Shown in pieces: positions 62,654-64,000 of a DNA stretch of 64,000 nucleotides. The notes under the pieces are model-generated. The model did no database searches, was not told the origin of the DNA, and saw only the letters and a program-made list of their open reading frames with translations. A program made the position numbers and the translations under genes. Position 1 is the first letter of the stretch; each line of letters begins with the position of its first letter. Origin of the DNA: Eledone cirrhosa (taxonomy: Eukaryota); contig OZ024742.1 in the NCBI GenBank assembly GCA_964016885.1, positions 147,746,001-147,810,000 of the forward strand, written 5' to 3'.

Positions 62654-64000
62654 CTTGGAATCAAAATAATACTAACATTCCTTGCTGCCCACTTTAGTTT
62701 TGATTTTCAGTTAAAGCTTCAGTTTCTCTCTTCTGAAAATGATAATATTCTTCTCTTTGAAGCTTCTTGTTGCAAAAGATTGGGAAAGTAGAGAGGAAAC
62801 TGAGCTAATTAACTCTTTTGCCATCATGTGGGTGAATGAAAACATGAAAAATGTTACTGGGATATACTTTTTTTAAATGAATCAAAACTTTATTCTAACA
62901 AAAAGAAAAAAAAATAGGTGCGAGTTTACTTTTTTACATAAATTTAAAAGCATTGGAATGAATACATGGATGAAAACCTTACTCTTTTAATCACAAAAAA
63001 ATATACTTTTCCGACTACTCCTCTTTGCCCCAAGAGTGAACTGGTCAAGAAGAAAATTCTGGGTAGTGGTCACATGACTGAATCCAAGTCTTAAAACAGT
63101 AAAAAAAAGGAACTTTTCATGTGATATTAGGATCACCAAACGTTTCATATATATTCTACAGTACTAAATAATGATACAAAATAAACCAGAATCAGCAATG
63201 ATTCTAAATCTGTTCAAAAATGCAAGTTTTTGATCTCAGCCACATGGGGCAATAAAAACATCTGTAAAGTGATTGGTGAAATGAAAGGCATCCGGTCATA
63301 GAAAACATGCCAAACAAAGGGTCAGGAGAACTCTTTTGCTAATCTGCCTAGCCTAGTGTTGGTGATTTACATGATAAATGTACACAGTACACTTTATAAA
63401 GTGATAAGGAGGGCATGCAGCTGTATAACACTTGTCAAACAAAGGGCTGGGAGGACTCTTCCGTTATATTAAAAACATGACAACCCCACATTGTGCTTGT
63501 GTTGAGATAAAATGCACTTGGTAGTGCATGGGATCATATGTAAGTGAGAAGCAGGCTCCCAATCCACCATGGGGTTAATACCTCCACTTTGAGTACTAAT
63601 CCAGTCTGCTGATGACCAGTCCAATCCCTGCTTGCAAGGAACATGTATGATGATGTATGTGTGTGTATATATGTATATATATATGTATGTGTGTACACCT
63701 ATCCTTTGCTATGAGAAAATCCAAACAATCTTTCATCATTTTAAACAATTCATCTGTGTTAGTCCATTACCTTAGCAATCAGTTCAACATAACATCAACC
63801 AGCAACTGGCTCACTGGCAAGAGAGTAAAAGCAAAGAGGACAGATATAGGATGTTACTAGAAATCTCTAATTGGCTCTCTACACAGTAGCAACCTGTGGG
63901 CAATTCCGCTGTATGTATCCTCCAATGGTAATAAAGAAAGTATTTCTAAACATAGAACTGCTTTTTCCAATCTAGCGTGAGGTCGAGAAAAGAAACCCTA

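Overview
AT-rich, repeat-dense eukaryotic DNA, most likely octopus or another cephalopod. This is inferred from tandem C2H2 zinc-finger genes and the SINE/RTE repertoire, not proven. The only recognisable host genes are two minus-strand C2H2-ZNF genes (2012-3124; 12184-14196) plus a finger relic. Nearly everything else identifiable is mobile DNA: CR1, several RTE families, a Vingi/Ingi-like LINE, tRNA-derived SINEs, TTAA MITEs, a non-autonomous Helitron and a young non-autonomous LTR element. The most striking content is a nest (17.5-35.2 kb) of Penelope-like retroelements (PLEs; RT + C-terminal GIY-YIG, Naiad-like) whose pseudo-LTRs (pLTRs) carry type I hammerhead ribozyme (HHR) motifs. Alongside them are non-coding HHR-bearing fold-back units next to (TA)n tracts, including a 429-nt retrozyme-like monomer. 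I read about 8 well-formed HHR motifs and several degenerate ones. Also notable are an LTR primer-binding site matching 32 nt of tRNA-Trp with A>T at position 58, an RTE with a PHD-type finger inside its RT, and a GC-rich RTE with a 32-bp TSD. All alignments and folds were done by eye, and boundaries of decayed repeats are approximate.
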